A DNA stretch of 64,000 bases. Source: an uncultured Silvanigrella sp. GTDB lineage: Bacteria; Bdellovibrionota_B; Oligoflexia; Silvanigrellales; Silvanigrellaceae. Made by a program: the position numbers and the translations under genes. Shown here piece by piece: positions 50,967 through 60,334 of the stretch. Numbering within the stretch: the first letter of the stretch is position 1; every line of letters starts with the position of its first letter. The notes under the pieces are model-generated. The model was not told the DNA's origin. It saw only the letters and a list, made by a program, of their open reading frames with translations, and searched no databases. The stretch is taken from NCBI GenBank assembly GCA_903933385.1, contig CAIZJW010000129.1:22207-86206 (forward strand), given 5' to 3'.

Positions 50967-52282
50967 TACGCCAAAACCTCACGCAGACGTTGTCCATTTT
51001 TCTTTAGAAAAATTCTAATTCCACCTGAAGCAAAGCCTAAAAAGGCTCCTAAAAAGGCCCCCAGTACAAGTGCAATTTTGCGTTTACTCACAGGCTCTTC
51101 GAGCGAGAGTGTCGCTCCCGATGCACTTGAAGGCACTAGAATTGGGAGCACGGGCATCGACATCCCGGAACGAACTTCTCCGCGCAGAGAGCTGCGACGC
51201 TGCGTGCCTAAACTCGACATCCGATTAGCTTCGCGACGCGCAGCAGGCACCAATTGAAAAATATCGTCACGCACTTGCAATGCCCGCGTGACAGTATCAT
51301 TGGCATCTTCTGCTTTCATTCGCCCCTCGGCGAGTAACACTGCTGTCATGCGTTGAATTCGCTCAAATTGCCCCTGCACGGCAATCTGTTCGTGGTAATC
51401 ACTCGTCATGAGAGCCTGCGCAGGGGCCTCTGCCCCGGCGGGTATATTGACCTGAAGCGATTTAAGGTCAGAATCACCAGAGCCTACAAAAGTGTTAAAA
51501 TCTGTGAGGCCGCGCCCTAATTTACTGCAGAGATACTCAATCTTTAGAAGCTCTTGCCGAGCTTTAATCAATTGTTCACGCAATTCTGTGCTTTCTTCGA
51601 GCGCAGCTGATTGAACAGAAGCTCCCCCGGGAGCGTTGGCATTGGTTGGTTTAGAGGGAGCGTCTTTGTCGACATCAGCCGCGCCAGCCGTGGTGTTGAA
51701 TGCCATTTGAATCGCTGAAGCGAAGAGTTCGCCCGAACGTTGGGTGAGTCCTTGCACGGGAAGCTGAACGTCCAAGATAAAATCTCTCGGGCTTGCCGAT
51801 TCTCTCAACCGCAAAGGAGACTTCTCTGGTTTGTCAGCCAGCGCCTGATTTGCCGCAAGAACTTCATCACCCAGATTCACTTCTTTCAGAGTACGAGCAA
51901 GCTCGGGCGACTGATTAAAAACGGATCGCCATACAAGGCGCGCATTGTCGGAGACATTCAGTGCATTGTTGAAAGACTCAACAAGCTTCTTTGGTTCGGC
52001 TACACCAATCTCATTTTTATCTAGAACAAGAGGAATCTGGGTGCGGTAGGTTACGGGCAACACCTTAAAGCCAACAATTCCACCTGCAACAATTCCAAGC
52101 ACTGCGCCGAGAATAATTTCAATTTTTATTTTCCAGAAGAAGCCGAGCAATTCAACCAAATCAATTTCGTCGGATGGCTGATTTTGAACGTAGGCGTATG
52201 AACCAGCCGCGATAGGCCCTGCTGATGTCTTTAGAGAAACCGCACTGTTGGCGACGTCATTTGGAGGCTGAGTTTGCGACAT
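50966..52282 (-). CDS. Wzz/GumC-like polysaccharide chain-length determinant protein
   Basis: Wzz N-terminal motif [34 protein letters not shown], a long coiled periplasmic region, and a C-terminal TM segment ([20 protein letters not shown]). Start at ATG 52282 (RBS GAGGT). Confidence 0.7.
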   Translation of the reverse strand: MSQTQPPNDVANSAVSLKTSAGPIAAGSYAYVQNQPSDEIDLVELLGFFWKIKIEIILGAVLGIVAGGIVGFKVLPVTYRTQIPLVLDKNEIGVAEPKKLVESFNNALNVSDNARLVWRSVFNQSPELARTLKEVNLGDEVLAANQALADKPEKSPLRLRESASPRDFILDVQLPVQGLTQRSGELFASAIQMAFNTTAGAADVDKDAPSKPTNANAPGGASVQSAALEESTELREQLIKARQELLKIEYLCSKLGRGLTDFNTFVGSGDSDLKSLQVNIPAGAEAPAQALMTSDYHEQIAVQGQFERIQRMTAVLLAEGRMKAEDANDTVTRALQVRDDIFQLVPAARREANRMSSLGTQRRSSLRGEVRSGMSMPVLPILVPSSASGATLSLEEPVSKRKIALVLGAFLGAFLGFASGGIRIFLKKNGQRLREVLA

Positions 52283-52297
52283 GATGACCTCATTCAA

Positions 52298-52786
52298 TCA
52301 ACCTGGAAAGGGGGACAGCAGTCCCATCTCATAGCAGAAATCTTTCACAATCGGCAATTTCCAAGACACAAAGTGCGCAAGTAGAACTTCAAGCTCAACA
52401 AGTTCAACTTTGCTGAACTCTCCCTCCGAGCGAGCGAGATCGACACTCCCAAGCGTGGGAAGTTCAACAAGGAACCACATTTGCTCTTGCCCAATATTTG
52501 TGCGTTCCGGATGAGCCCTGAGAACCTCCGCCGGGAAATAATAACGTCTCCAGCAACGCGATTGTGCAACAACTGTGACCAGATCTGGCGCAACTCCCAA
52601 CTCTTCAGAGAGTTCCCTTAAGAGAGCGGCACGAACATCCTTGTCATGAGACTCAACACCACCTTGAACTGTTTGCCACACGCCCTGTGGGTGACTTCGT
52701 TCGCAGCGCAGATATTTATCGCCGACCCTAATTAAGGCAGCAACATTGGCGCGAAATCTCGGTTTCATGAGATCTTCATCTTTCAT
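52298..52786 (-). CDS. NUDIX hydrolase (RppH-like)
   Basis: Nudix box GGVESHDKDVRAALLRELSEELGV, preceded by WQTVQGG as in RppH-type enzymes. Confidence 0.75.
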   Translation of the reverse strand: MKDEDLMKPRFRANVAALIRVGDKYLRCERSHPQGVWQTVQGGVESHDKDVRAALLRELSEELGVAPDLVTVVAQSRCWRRYYFPAEVLRAHPERTNIGQEQMWFLVELPTLGSVDLARSEGEFSKVELVELEVLLAHFVSWKLPIVKDFCYEMGLLSPFPG

Positions 52787-54116
52787 TGTTCACCTGACTT
52801 CTGAATTGAAAAAGCTCGGCCAGCGACTCGCATTTGAGGTCACCGCTTTCGGGAATGAATTTTACCTCGAGACATAAAACAAAAAGCCGCCCGGATCGCA
52901 TTAGCTCCCTGAACTCTGGAGTTTCCCACCAGCGGCAGAGATCCTTGAGCGTTGTGACAACAGAATGTTGCGAACGGATGACACGGCGCGCAGCGGAATT
53001 AAGTTCGCCGTGATCAGCAAGAAAAGCGCTTCCCACAACAACAGGTCTGTGTTGGGGGGATTCAAAAATCGAATGAAAAGATTGAGCGAATCGCTCTGGC
53101 CTGGCAATTCCGCAGAGCAAACTCGCCTGTGCGGGAAACTCCTCTGGACCAATACTCTCGAGGGAGAAGCCAGGTGCCGGTTCGTTCGGCAAAACTCGCG
53201 CAAGCCATGTTTCTTCAAGGGCAACAAAACGAAAATCAGTCTCAAGAGCACTTGCTGGGCTTTCAGAGGGAAGAGGTTCGCCCGCAATGGGTGCTCTGGG
53301 ACATTGAAATATGCGCTCACGGGCACGAGTCACAAAATTCAGGAACTCATTTTTTTCAGAAATAGATTTTACTCTAGACCACACAATGACGTCGGCACGC
53401 GGCAGCGAAAGCGCCCAGGGACGCGCGCGTGGCGAGCCCATTCTGTAAGGCCCAAAAGGTAAACAAAACTGGGGAGCTTCAACAACCGAGTGAGGATCCC
53501 AAACAACGATATCGCGATGAACAGGCAAAGCGGTCTGTTGCAATCCATCATCGACTATCACCAGCATTTGGCGAGAACTTTCGACGCCACGCTGAGATTT
53601 CAAAGCGCTTCTTCTTTGCAAAATTCCTGCAAGCAACTCGGCTCTGTGACTCCCCTCGGCAAACCAGAGTGATGCATCGGAAGGAAGATTCTGCTGCAAT
53701 TGCAAAACATGTTCGAGAGATTCATCACTCAGAGAGGCCCATGACTGCGAAGTCATGGGTTCGGAATGTCTCGAAAAGTGAAGAATAGGCGCCATCAATC
53801 CAGCATCTTTACCCACACCCCGTGTGAGAACGGCCACATCAAAACCGTCATTGAGGGCCCATCGAGCCAATGCTCGGACCACCGGACTTTTGCCCGTGCC
53901 ACCGACTGATACATTGCCTACCGATACTATCCAGGGCTCATCTCCCACCGGAGACTTCGCCCTCATCCGAAGGCGAGCCCGCCTCGCTGCAAGAACAGAC
54001 CACACCAAGCTCAATGGAAGAAATAGAATGAAACTGAGAACTGCAAACCAGACCGCTCGACGCGGCATCTGACGTTCCAACTGTCCTCGTAGATATTCAC
54101 TCCAAGCCAAATTCAT
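52776..54116 (-). CDS. lpxK: Tetraacyldisaccharide 4'-kinase
   Basis: P-loop VSVGNVSVGGTGKSPVV and C-terminal ..DHGE..TTLKDLCR. motifs typical of LpxK. The ATG overlaps the msbA stop (ATGA). Confidence 0.85.
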   Translation of the reverse strand: MNLAWSEYLRGQLERQMPRRAVWFAVLSFILFLPLSLVWSVLAARRARLRMRAKSPVGDEPWIVSVGNVSVGGTGKSPVVRALARWALNDGFDVAVLTRGVGKDAGLMAPILHFSRHSEPMTSQSWASLSDESLEHVLQLQQNLPSDASLWFAEGSHRAELLAGILQRRSALKSQRGVESSRQMLVIVDDGLQQTALPVHRDIVVWDPHSVVEAPQFCLPFGPYRMGSPRARPWALSLPRADVIVWSRVKSISEKNEFLNFVTRARERIFQCPRAPIAGEPLPSESPASALETDFRFVALEETWLARVLPNEPAPGFSLESIGPEEFPAQASLLCGIARPERFAQSFHSIFESPQHRPVVVGSAFLADHGELNSAARRVIRSQHSVVTTLKDLCRWWETPEFRELMRSGRLFVLCLEVKFIPESGDLKCESLAELFQFRSQVNNER

Positions 54117-56014
54117 GAACGCAGTGTTCCCAATTGTCGTGACGAAAAATTTGCTTCATTGAGCTCTGCGCAAAAGCGCAGCACATCGTCGTGCACGCCC
54201 GTGAAAACGAGGCGACCTTGGGAAAAAACATGCGCCACATCGAAATGAGAGAGATCATTATAGTCATGTGTGACAGCAATCACTGTCCGCGCGCAACCAG
54301 GCTGTTTTTGCCATCTCCAAACGGCTGCCCAAAATGCAGCAGCCGAACCCGCGTCGAGATTCGCGGTGGGTTCATCGAGAAGAAGTATAGACCGGTCAGC
54401 AAAAAGAAGGCGAGCCAACGCAACACGCGCTCGCTCGCCGCCCGACAAACCTTCACCCATAAAACCAACTTTTTTGTTCAGAAAGAGCTCTGCCCCGGCC
54501 TCAGTGTGCGCAAGCATAAGTGTCAAAACCAAATCGACAGCTCTACCCCTTGCCCTTTGCAGTTCAAATTTGTTCAAATTCCTGCTGGGATAAATAATGT
54601 TTTCAAGAATAGTCCCCTGAAAAACATATGGGGTTTGTGTTGCGAGTACTGTTTTCGAGATTCCGGAAATGTGTCCTTCGTCAGGAGGCAAAAGACCCGC
54701 CAACAAACGCAGCAGAGTGGATTTCCCTGCCCCACTTTCACCGACAAGAGCAACACGCGAGCCTTCCTTGAATTCGATAGAACAAGCTTCAATAATTTTA
54801 CGTCCATCGAGAGCATCATACGAAACTTTCTGCAAGAGTATTGCAGTCCCTGCGCGCAAACTCCGATTCTCGGCAGCCGGGTCGACGAGCTGCACAGAGG
54901 AATGAACAAGATTCCATTCGTCGGCAAGGCGCTTCCAAACTGCTTTGAGCTCTGCCATTTGTGACACAAATCCCGAAACATTTTTCAGCGGTCTGAAAGA
55001 CAGTGCCGCCAAAACAAAGACAGTTGAATAAGAAGCAACATCAACTTCTGAGGAAAAACTGAGCCGCCACTGAAGCGCTGCCGCAAGCACAACAATTGCC
55101 AGCACCTCCATGGCCGGACGAAATCCGGTACGTAACAAGAATGTTTTGCGCACAAATTGATAATATCCCTCGGAGAGAGATTGAAGATCGTGTTGCTCTC
55201 GCGCCTGTGCACCCATGCCATAAATAGCCTGCAAACCAGAACGCATTTGCATGCCACGCGTTGCCATCTCAACCTGTCTGCGCGCAGACTCGCGAGTGAA
55301 AAACTCTAGTCGTCTGGCAACTGCTCTCAAAACAAAAAAGAACAGAACGAAAATCGCCACCAAAAATAAGAAAAAATTTGAAGCAACATACAACATTGCG
55401 ACTGCAGTGCCGATCACAACCAACCCGTCGCGCAGTGCACCAATAGTGCCTTTGCTGACAAGGGCCTGCATCAACGTTGTGTCAAGCAAGATTCTATTAG
55501 TTATTTCATCAGGATTTCGAGTGTCGAGAATGCGACCAGATGTTCGGAGATAAGAATCAAGAAAGGTAGAACGCAAAGCATGTGCAACACGATGACCAGC
55601 ACGTTCAAGCAAATAATTGCTTCCAAAACTCGTCAACATTCTACAAAAACCAGCTAAAACCAGCAGAGCAGGAACCAGAGTCATCAACTCTGCACGAGAA
55701 AAACGAGCGAAATCGGGCAACACATCAGCAATCGATTTGGGTATAATGCGCTGCAGATTCGATTCACCAGGGGCTGAAAAGATGAGCTGAAGGAGTGCAC
55801 CTGAAACAAAACCAAGGGCAACCTCGCAAGCTGCATGCAGTGGACTTATCAACAGCCCGAAAACAATATCCCAACGTGAGGCACGCCAGATAATTGAACG
55901 AAGTGGGTGTTGAAGTAGCGCAGAACTCTTTGAGGGCACAGCTGCCAGATCTGAATTTTTAGGTTCGCCGATGACTTGGCTATTTCCCGCAGAGTTCACT
56001 GAGGCAACCCCCAC
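54113..56014 (-). CDS. msbA: Lipid A export ABC transporter, fused permease/ATPase (MsbA-like)
   Basis: Six-TM ABC exporter domain plus an NBD: Walker A GESGAGKST, signature LSGGERARVALAR, Walker B ILLLDEPT. GTG start; an alternative GTG at 55999 overlaps the lpxB stop. Confidence 0.8.
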   Translation of the reverse strand: MGVASVNSAGNSQVIGEPKNSDLAAVPSKSSALLQHPLRSIIWRASRWDIVFGLLISPLHAACEVALGFVSGALLQLIFSAPGESNLQRIIPKSIADVLPDFARFSRAELMTLVPALLVLAGFCRMLTSFGSNYLLERAGHRVAHALRSTFLDSYLRTSGRILDTRNPDEITNRILLDTTLMQALVSKGTIGALRDGLVVIGTAVAMLYVASNFFLFLVAIFVLFFFVLRAVARRLEFFTRESARRQVEMATRGMQMRSGLQAIYGMGAQAREQHDLQSLSEGYYQFVRKTFLLRTGFRPAMEVLAIVVLAAALQWRLSFSSEVDVASYSTVFVLAALSFRPLKNVSGFVSQMAELKAVWKRLADEWNLVHSSVQLVDPAAENRSLRAGTAILLQKVSYDALDGRKIIEACSIEFKEGSRVALVGESGAGKSTLLRLLAGLLPPDEGHISGISKTVLATQTPYVFQGTILENIIYPSRNLNKFELQRARGRAVDLVLTLMLAHTEAGAELFLNKKVGFMGEGLSGGERARVALARLLFADRSILLLDEPTANLDAGSAAAFWAAVWRWQKQPGCARTVIAVTHDYNDLSHFDVAHVFSQGRLVFTGVHDDVLRFCAELNEANFSSRQLGTLRS

Positions 56015-57282
56015 TCGTGATCTTCTCTCAACAAGTCACTCGCTGCTTTGAAGTGAAATCTGCGAGCAGAGTCAGTGGGAAGCTGCTTGTAACAATCGAG
56101 TATTGCACGTGCTGCGTTGCGCGCACTATCCAGCGGAAATGCTTTCTTCAAAGACGAAAGTGCGCTTTTCATGGCCAGCTCTTCATGCTCAGAATTGAGA
56201 ATGGAAAGCGCATGAGCAGAAAGTTTTTCCGGTGAGGCGTCGTTCTGTAAAAACTCAGGAACAATCTCTCTATTTGCACACAAATTAACCAAACTTATAT
56301 AAGGCAGAGATACAATTCTCTTGGCAATCTCATATGTCATCCAATGCATCTTATAAACAACCGACATGGGTATTTCCAGTAACGCAGTTTCAAGAGCTGC
56401 AGTGCCTGAACACACCCATGCATATTTGCAATCCTTCAAGACGGACATTAAATTCGCATCACTTTTCAGTTCAATATCAACTCTCATTTGCTGCGCATTT
56501 TCTTCCGCAAGTGCAGAACTGAGAAGTGTTTCAAGACGCGAACGGGACACCGTGTTTGCAATTGGGACAATTGCTTTCAATTCGCCTTTATATTCTTTGC
56601 GGGTGCGCACGAACGACTTAATCAGTGTCGGGAAAACTCTTTCGATTTCAGCGCTGCGACTTCCTGGAACAATTCCCACTTGGGTCACACCATGGAGCGC
56701 TGTTCTCTCAGACGCGCTCGTTTTCAAAAATTTAACAATTTCATCATTGAGCGGATTCCCGACGAAGCGGGCATTCACGCCGGCTCTTTTTAAAAGCTTT
56801 TCTTCAAAGGGCAGAATACAAGTCACAAGATATGTGTTGTCGCGCAACCGCGCAGCTCTTGCAGCCCCGTGTGCCCAAACTTTTGGAGGAATATGATAAA
56901 CGACACACGATCCCAAATGAAATGCATCTTCCATGAGACGCATATTCAGACCAGGATAATCTATTAGAATGGTGATCTGAGGCCGACGTAAACTCAAAGC
57001 TGACTGCAACCGGTGAGCAGCATCTGAGATTCTCGGATACACTGAAAGCACCTCGGCAAAGCCCATTGCACTCAACTCTTCGATGTGGACGAGAGTCTCG
57101 AGTCCGGCTGCCATCATCAACTTTCCACCACTGCCCCAGGCGTGCATCCGCAAACCTGCACTTGCGAATTCGTCACGCAATGCATGAATGAGCAGAGCAC
57201 CTTGCGCATCTCCGCTTGCTTCACCTGCAATCAAACAAACTGATATTTCCCGTTGTTCAGATGGTGGCTGAGATATCGTCAT
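55996..57282 (-). CDS. lpxB: Lipid-A-disaccharide synthase
   Basis: N-terminal ISVCLIAGEASGDAQGALLIHAL and overall LpxB-like sequence. Start at ATG 57282, behind RBS AGGAGG. Overlaps the lpxA 3' end by 26 nt. Confidence 0.85.
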   Translation of the reverse strand: MTISQPPSEQREISVCLIAGEASGDAQGALLIHALRDEFASAGLRMHAWGSGGKLMMAAGLETLVHIEELSAMGFAEVLSVYPRISDAAHRLQSALSLRRPQITILIDYPGLNMRLMEDAFHLGSCVVYHIPPKVWAHGAARAARLRDNTYLVTCILPFEEKLLKRAGVNARFVGNPLNDEIVKFLKTSASERTALHGVTQVGIVPGSRSAEIERVFPTLIKSFVRTRKEYKGELKAIVPIANTVSRSRLETLLSSALAEENAQQMRVDIELKSDANLMSVLKDCKYAWVCSGTAALETALLEIPMSVVYKMHWMTYEIAKRIVSLPYISLVNLCANREIVPEFLQNDASPEKLSAHALSILNSEHEELAMKSALSSLKKAFPLDSARNAARAILDCYKQLPTDSARRFHFKAASDLLREDHEWGLPQ

Positions 57283-58120
57283 GGTTGCCTCCTGCGGCCG
57301 GCCGAACAACACCTCGACGCGCAGCCCGGATAAAATCCATCATCCGGTTGGCATGGGGGTTTTCCAACAGGCCCTTGCTCCGGCAAACATCAATGGTTTC
57401 TTCTACAGTCGGCAAGGGTGACAGGAAGAATTGTTTGTAAACGGATTTCAATGCGGCCAAGTCAGAAGCCGTGAGGCCTTTTCTCTTCATGCCGATGACA
57501 TTCATTCCTCTCAGAGTTGCACGATCTCCCTGCGCAACACAGAAATTTGGAACATCTTGAACAACAACCGAACCTGCACCAACCATTGCCATGTCACCAA
57601 TGCGACAGAACTGATGGATACCTGAAATACCGCCGATCACTACACCGTTGTGAATTTCCACATGACCAGAAAGTTGAACCGAATTGGCAAAAATATTGTC
57701 GTTTCCGATAATGCAGTCGTGGGCAACATGAGTATAAGCCATAAAGAGATTGTTACTTCCCACCACCGTTTTGCCACCACCTTGAATTGTTCCAGGCTGC
57801 AACGTTGCACACTCGCGAATTTTGTTGCGATCACCAATAAGAAGAAGAGTGGGTTCGCCTTTGTATTTAAGATCTTGCGGCACCGTTCCCACACTTGCGA
57901 AAGGGAAAATCTCATTCCCCTCTCCCAATGTAGTGTGACCGTCGACGACTGCATGCGAAATCAAACGAGTGCCACGACCAATTTTTACATTGGCTCCTAC
58001 AGTGCAAAATGGACCGACAACGACGTCTGAATCGAGCTCTGCTCCAGGATAAACAATTGCTGTTGGATGAATGGTGACGTTGTGACTCACGGCGCTGTTT
58101 CCTCGTGAACTGGGAGGCAT
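57257..58120 (-). CDS. lpxA: Acyl-ACP--UDP-N-acetylglucosamine O-acyltransferase
   Basis: Left-handed beta-helix hexapeptide repeats (IHPTAIVYPGAELDSDVVVGPFCTVGANVKIG..) plus the LpxA C-terminal helical domain. Start at ATG 58120 (the track's TTG is at 58126). Confidence 0.9.
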   Translation of the reverse strand: MPPSSRGNSAVSHNVTIHPTAIVYPGAELDSDVVVGPFCTVGANVKIGRGTRLISHAVVDGHTTLGEGNEIFPFASVGTVPQDLKYKGEPTLLLIGDRNKIRECATLQPGTIQGGGKTVVGSNNLFMAYTHVAHDCIIGNDNIFANSVQLSGHVEIHNGVVIGGISGIHQFCRIGDMAMVGAGSVVVQDVPNFCVAQGDRATLRGMNVIGMKRKGLTASDLAALKSVYKQFFLSPLPTVEETIDVCRSKGLLENPHANRMMDFIRAARRGVVRPAAGGNHDDISATI

Positions 58121-58143
58121 TTTCAAAATTATGCTTTCAACAC

Positions 58144-58614
58144 TCAGGTGCGCGGAGCCTTGGCAAGAACCGCAGAAAACTTCGCTTCTGCGACCACTTC
58201 ACCATCCACTTTTGCAGAACCTGTGAACCAAACGAACGGTCCGCGGTGACGTTCGTATTTGGCATAGTAATGAATAACATCTCCGGGAACGACGGGGCGA
58301 CGGAATTTCACTTCGTCGACTCCTGTGAGCATGCATTTTTTTTCAACCTGAATCGCTTCGCGCTCGAAGTTTGCAAAGCACATAGCCGCCGCAGTTTGTG
58401 CTAGTCCCTCGATCAAATAAACACCAGGAACAATAGGCTGTCCGGGGAAATGACCCGCGAGATAAGGTTCTCCTGCGGTCACACATTTTACGGCGTGCAC
58501 CTCGAGAGTCTCGAAATCGATGGTCATGACTTTATCCACCAACAACATTGGTGGACGGTGTGGCAATAAATCACAAACTTTTTGATAGTCGAACAGCGGC
58601 TTTACAGCTTCCAT
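58144..58614 (-). CDS. fabZ: 3-hydroxyacyl-ACP dehydratase FabZ
   Basis: LLPHRPPMLLVDKV and HFPGQPIVPGVYLIEGLAQ motifs. Start at ATG 58614, behind RBS GGGAG. The longer track ORF would overlap lpxD. Confidence 0.9.
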   Translation of the reverse strand: MEAVKPLFDYQKVCDLLPHRPPMLLVDKVMTIDFETLEVHAVKCVTAGEPYLAGHFPGQPIVPGVYLIEGLAQTAAAMCFANFEREAIQVEKKCMLTGVDEVKFRRPVVPGDVIHYYAKYERHRGPFVWFTGSAKVDGEVVAEAKFSAVLAKAPRT

Positions 58615-58639
58615 TTGCAACGAACTCCCAGATATTGCT

Positions 58640-59716
58640 TCAGTTCTCTTCTGATTTGATAGTTTCACGACGGCTTGCTTTGGCTTCTTTGTATTCCTTG
58701 ACAATTCGCACAAGACTCGCGTCGAAAGAAAGTTGTTCCCGATTTGGACGCGCTGGAAAGCCCGAATATACGCCAGGTTCTTGCAAGCTTTTCGTCACTC
58801 CTGCTTTAGCTAGGATTGTCATGTTGTCAGCGATTTTAATATGCCCGACCACTCCAACCTGACCAGCCAAAGTAACTCGATTTCCTATGTGCGAAGAACC
58901 ACCGACAGCCGTTCCTGCTGCCAAAAAGCAAGCTTTCCCAACGACTGCGTTGTGTCCAATTTGAACCAGTGAATCTATTTTAGTTTGCTCACCAACGATT
59001 GTATCGAGCATAGCGCCACGATCGACAGATGCATTGCTACCCACTTCAACGTCGTTCCCGAGGGCAACACCGCCCACCTGGGGAATTTTGACATTCTCAG
59101 CGCCGTCGGGAGCGAACCCAAAACCATCACCGCCAATCACCGCCCCGGGGTTCAGTATGCAGCGATCGCCCAATCTGCATCCTTCGCGAACAACTGCATT
59201 AGGGTGAACAAGGCAATCGTCACCCAAAACAGCCGCTGCGCCGATAAAACTTCCCGGATAAAGAACAGTGCGAGCCCCAATCCGAGCGCCCGGACCTACA
59301 TAGACAAATGGAAACACGCTTGCGGTTTCGTCGATGACTGCAGTGATGTCAATGTAAGCTTGAGGAGACACACCATGTGTTGCATGCGCAGGTTCGAAAA
59401 AAAACTGCGAAACTCTGGCAAACGTTGCATAAGGATTGCGGCAAACCAAAATAATGGAAGAAAAAGCGTTGTTGCTAGATTGCCGACTTTCAGTCAGCAA
59501 CTGCTTGGCCTCGTTTGCTCCACAGAGAACGACTCCCGCACGCGTGACGAGAGCCTCTGCCAGGTAACGCGGATTGTTGAAGAACGTAATTTGTGTCGAG
59601 GTCGCTGCCGCGAGGGTTGAAATTCCCGTGAAAAGAGCGGGATTGTCTGCCCCAGAATGCTCGTGAATGACGCAGCCAAACCTCTCGACGATTTCGGCGA
59701 GAGTGAGGCTTTTCAT
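58640..59716 (-). CDS. lpxD: UDP-3-O-acylglucosamine N-acyltransferase
   Basis: LpxD N-terminal domain (MKSLTLAEIVERFG..) followed by long hexapeptide-repeat LbH and C-terminal helical regions. The ATG overlaps the skp stop (ATGA). Confidence 0.9.
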   Translation of the reverse strand: MKSLTLAEIVERFGCVIHEHSGADNPALFTGISTLAAATSTQITFFNNPRYLAEALVTRAGVVLCGANEAKQLLTESRQSSNNAFSSIILVCRNPYATFARVSQFFFEPAHATHGVSPQAYIDITAVIDETASVFPFVYVGPGARIGARTVLYPGSFIGAAAVLGDDCLVHPNAVVREGCRLGDRCILNPGAVIGGDGFGFAPDGAENVKIPQVGGVALGNDVEVGSNASVDRGAMLDTIVGEQTKIDSLVQIGHNAVVGKACFLAAGTAVGGSSHIGNRVTLAGQVGVVGHIKIADNMTILAKAGVTKSLQEPGVYSGFPARPNREQLSFDASLVRIVKEYKEAKASRRETIKSEEN

Positions 59717-60300
59717 TTTTTGACCTTGTGCCGCTGGTTATACAAACCAACGATATCAGCTGTAATATCTGAGCCACGCGCCACGTAAAGCACTGCTCCC
59801 GCGCCTTTTTCAAATACTAAGTCAAAATTGTTCTTTTTGGCATACTCTTCAACGAGAGCAGACAAATTCTGGAAGATTTTCTGGGTTTCTTGCATTTCCT
59901 TCTGACGAACTTCCTGCTCGAGCGCCATCTGAGAACGCTGGAATGCCATCAGCTTTGTTTGCAAGTCACGAGTTTTTGCAGCTTTTTCATCTTCCGAAAG
60001 CACACCACGCTTTGCTTCGAAATCATCTTCAATCTTTTTCAATTCTGACTGCTGAGACAGAAGCTCCTTCTTGCGGGAGTCAAGCTCCTTTTCAATTTTG
60101 GCTTTGGCAGACTTACCTTCTTCTGTTTGCAAAATGGCAACCTGAAAATCGATTAAAGCGACCCGCGTAGCATTGACGCCAGGTTTAGCAACCTGAGGAG
60201 CAGCCGATGCAGACTGTTGGCTCGCAATAAGTGTGGCCGAGGCAACGGCCAAACCCAGGCTCAGCTTTGTAAAATTGCTAAAAAACGCGCGTACCAACAT
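59713..60300 (-). CDS. skp: Periplasmic chaperone Skp (OmpH family)
   Basis: From ATG 60300 (RBS GGAGG): MLVRAFFSNFTKLSLGLAVASATLIASQQSASA signal peptide, then a Lys/Glu-rich coiled-coil OmpH pattern. Located between bamA and lpxD, as is usual. Confidence 0.85.
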   Translation of the reverse strand: MLVRAFFSNFTKLSLGLAVASATLIASQQSASAAPQVAKPGVNATRVALIDFQVAILQTEEGKSAKAKIEKELDSRKKELLSQQSELKKIEDDFEAKRGVLSEDEKAAKTRDLQTKLMAFQRSQMALEQEVRQKEMQETQKIFQNLSALVEEYAKKNNFDLVFEKGAGAVLYVARGSDITADIVGLYNQRHKVKK

Positions 60301-60334
60301 GATGACCTCCAAAAAACCGAATTCCCGCTAAGCG

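Noticed and set aside
54191-54964. 257-aa plus-strand ORF inside msbA
   Set aside because: It is antisense to a frame carrying complete Walker A, signature and Walker B motifs. It shows no motif or RBS support.
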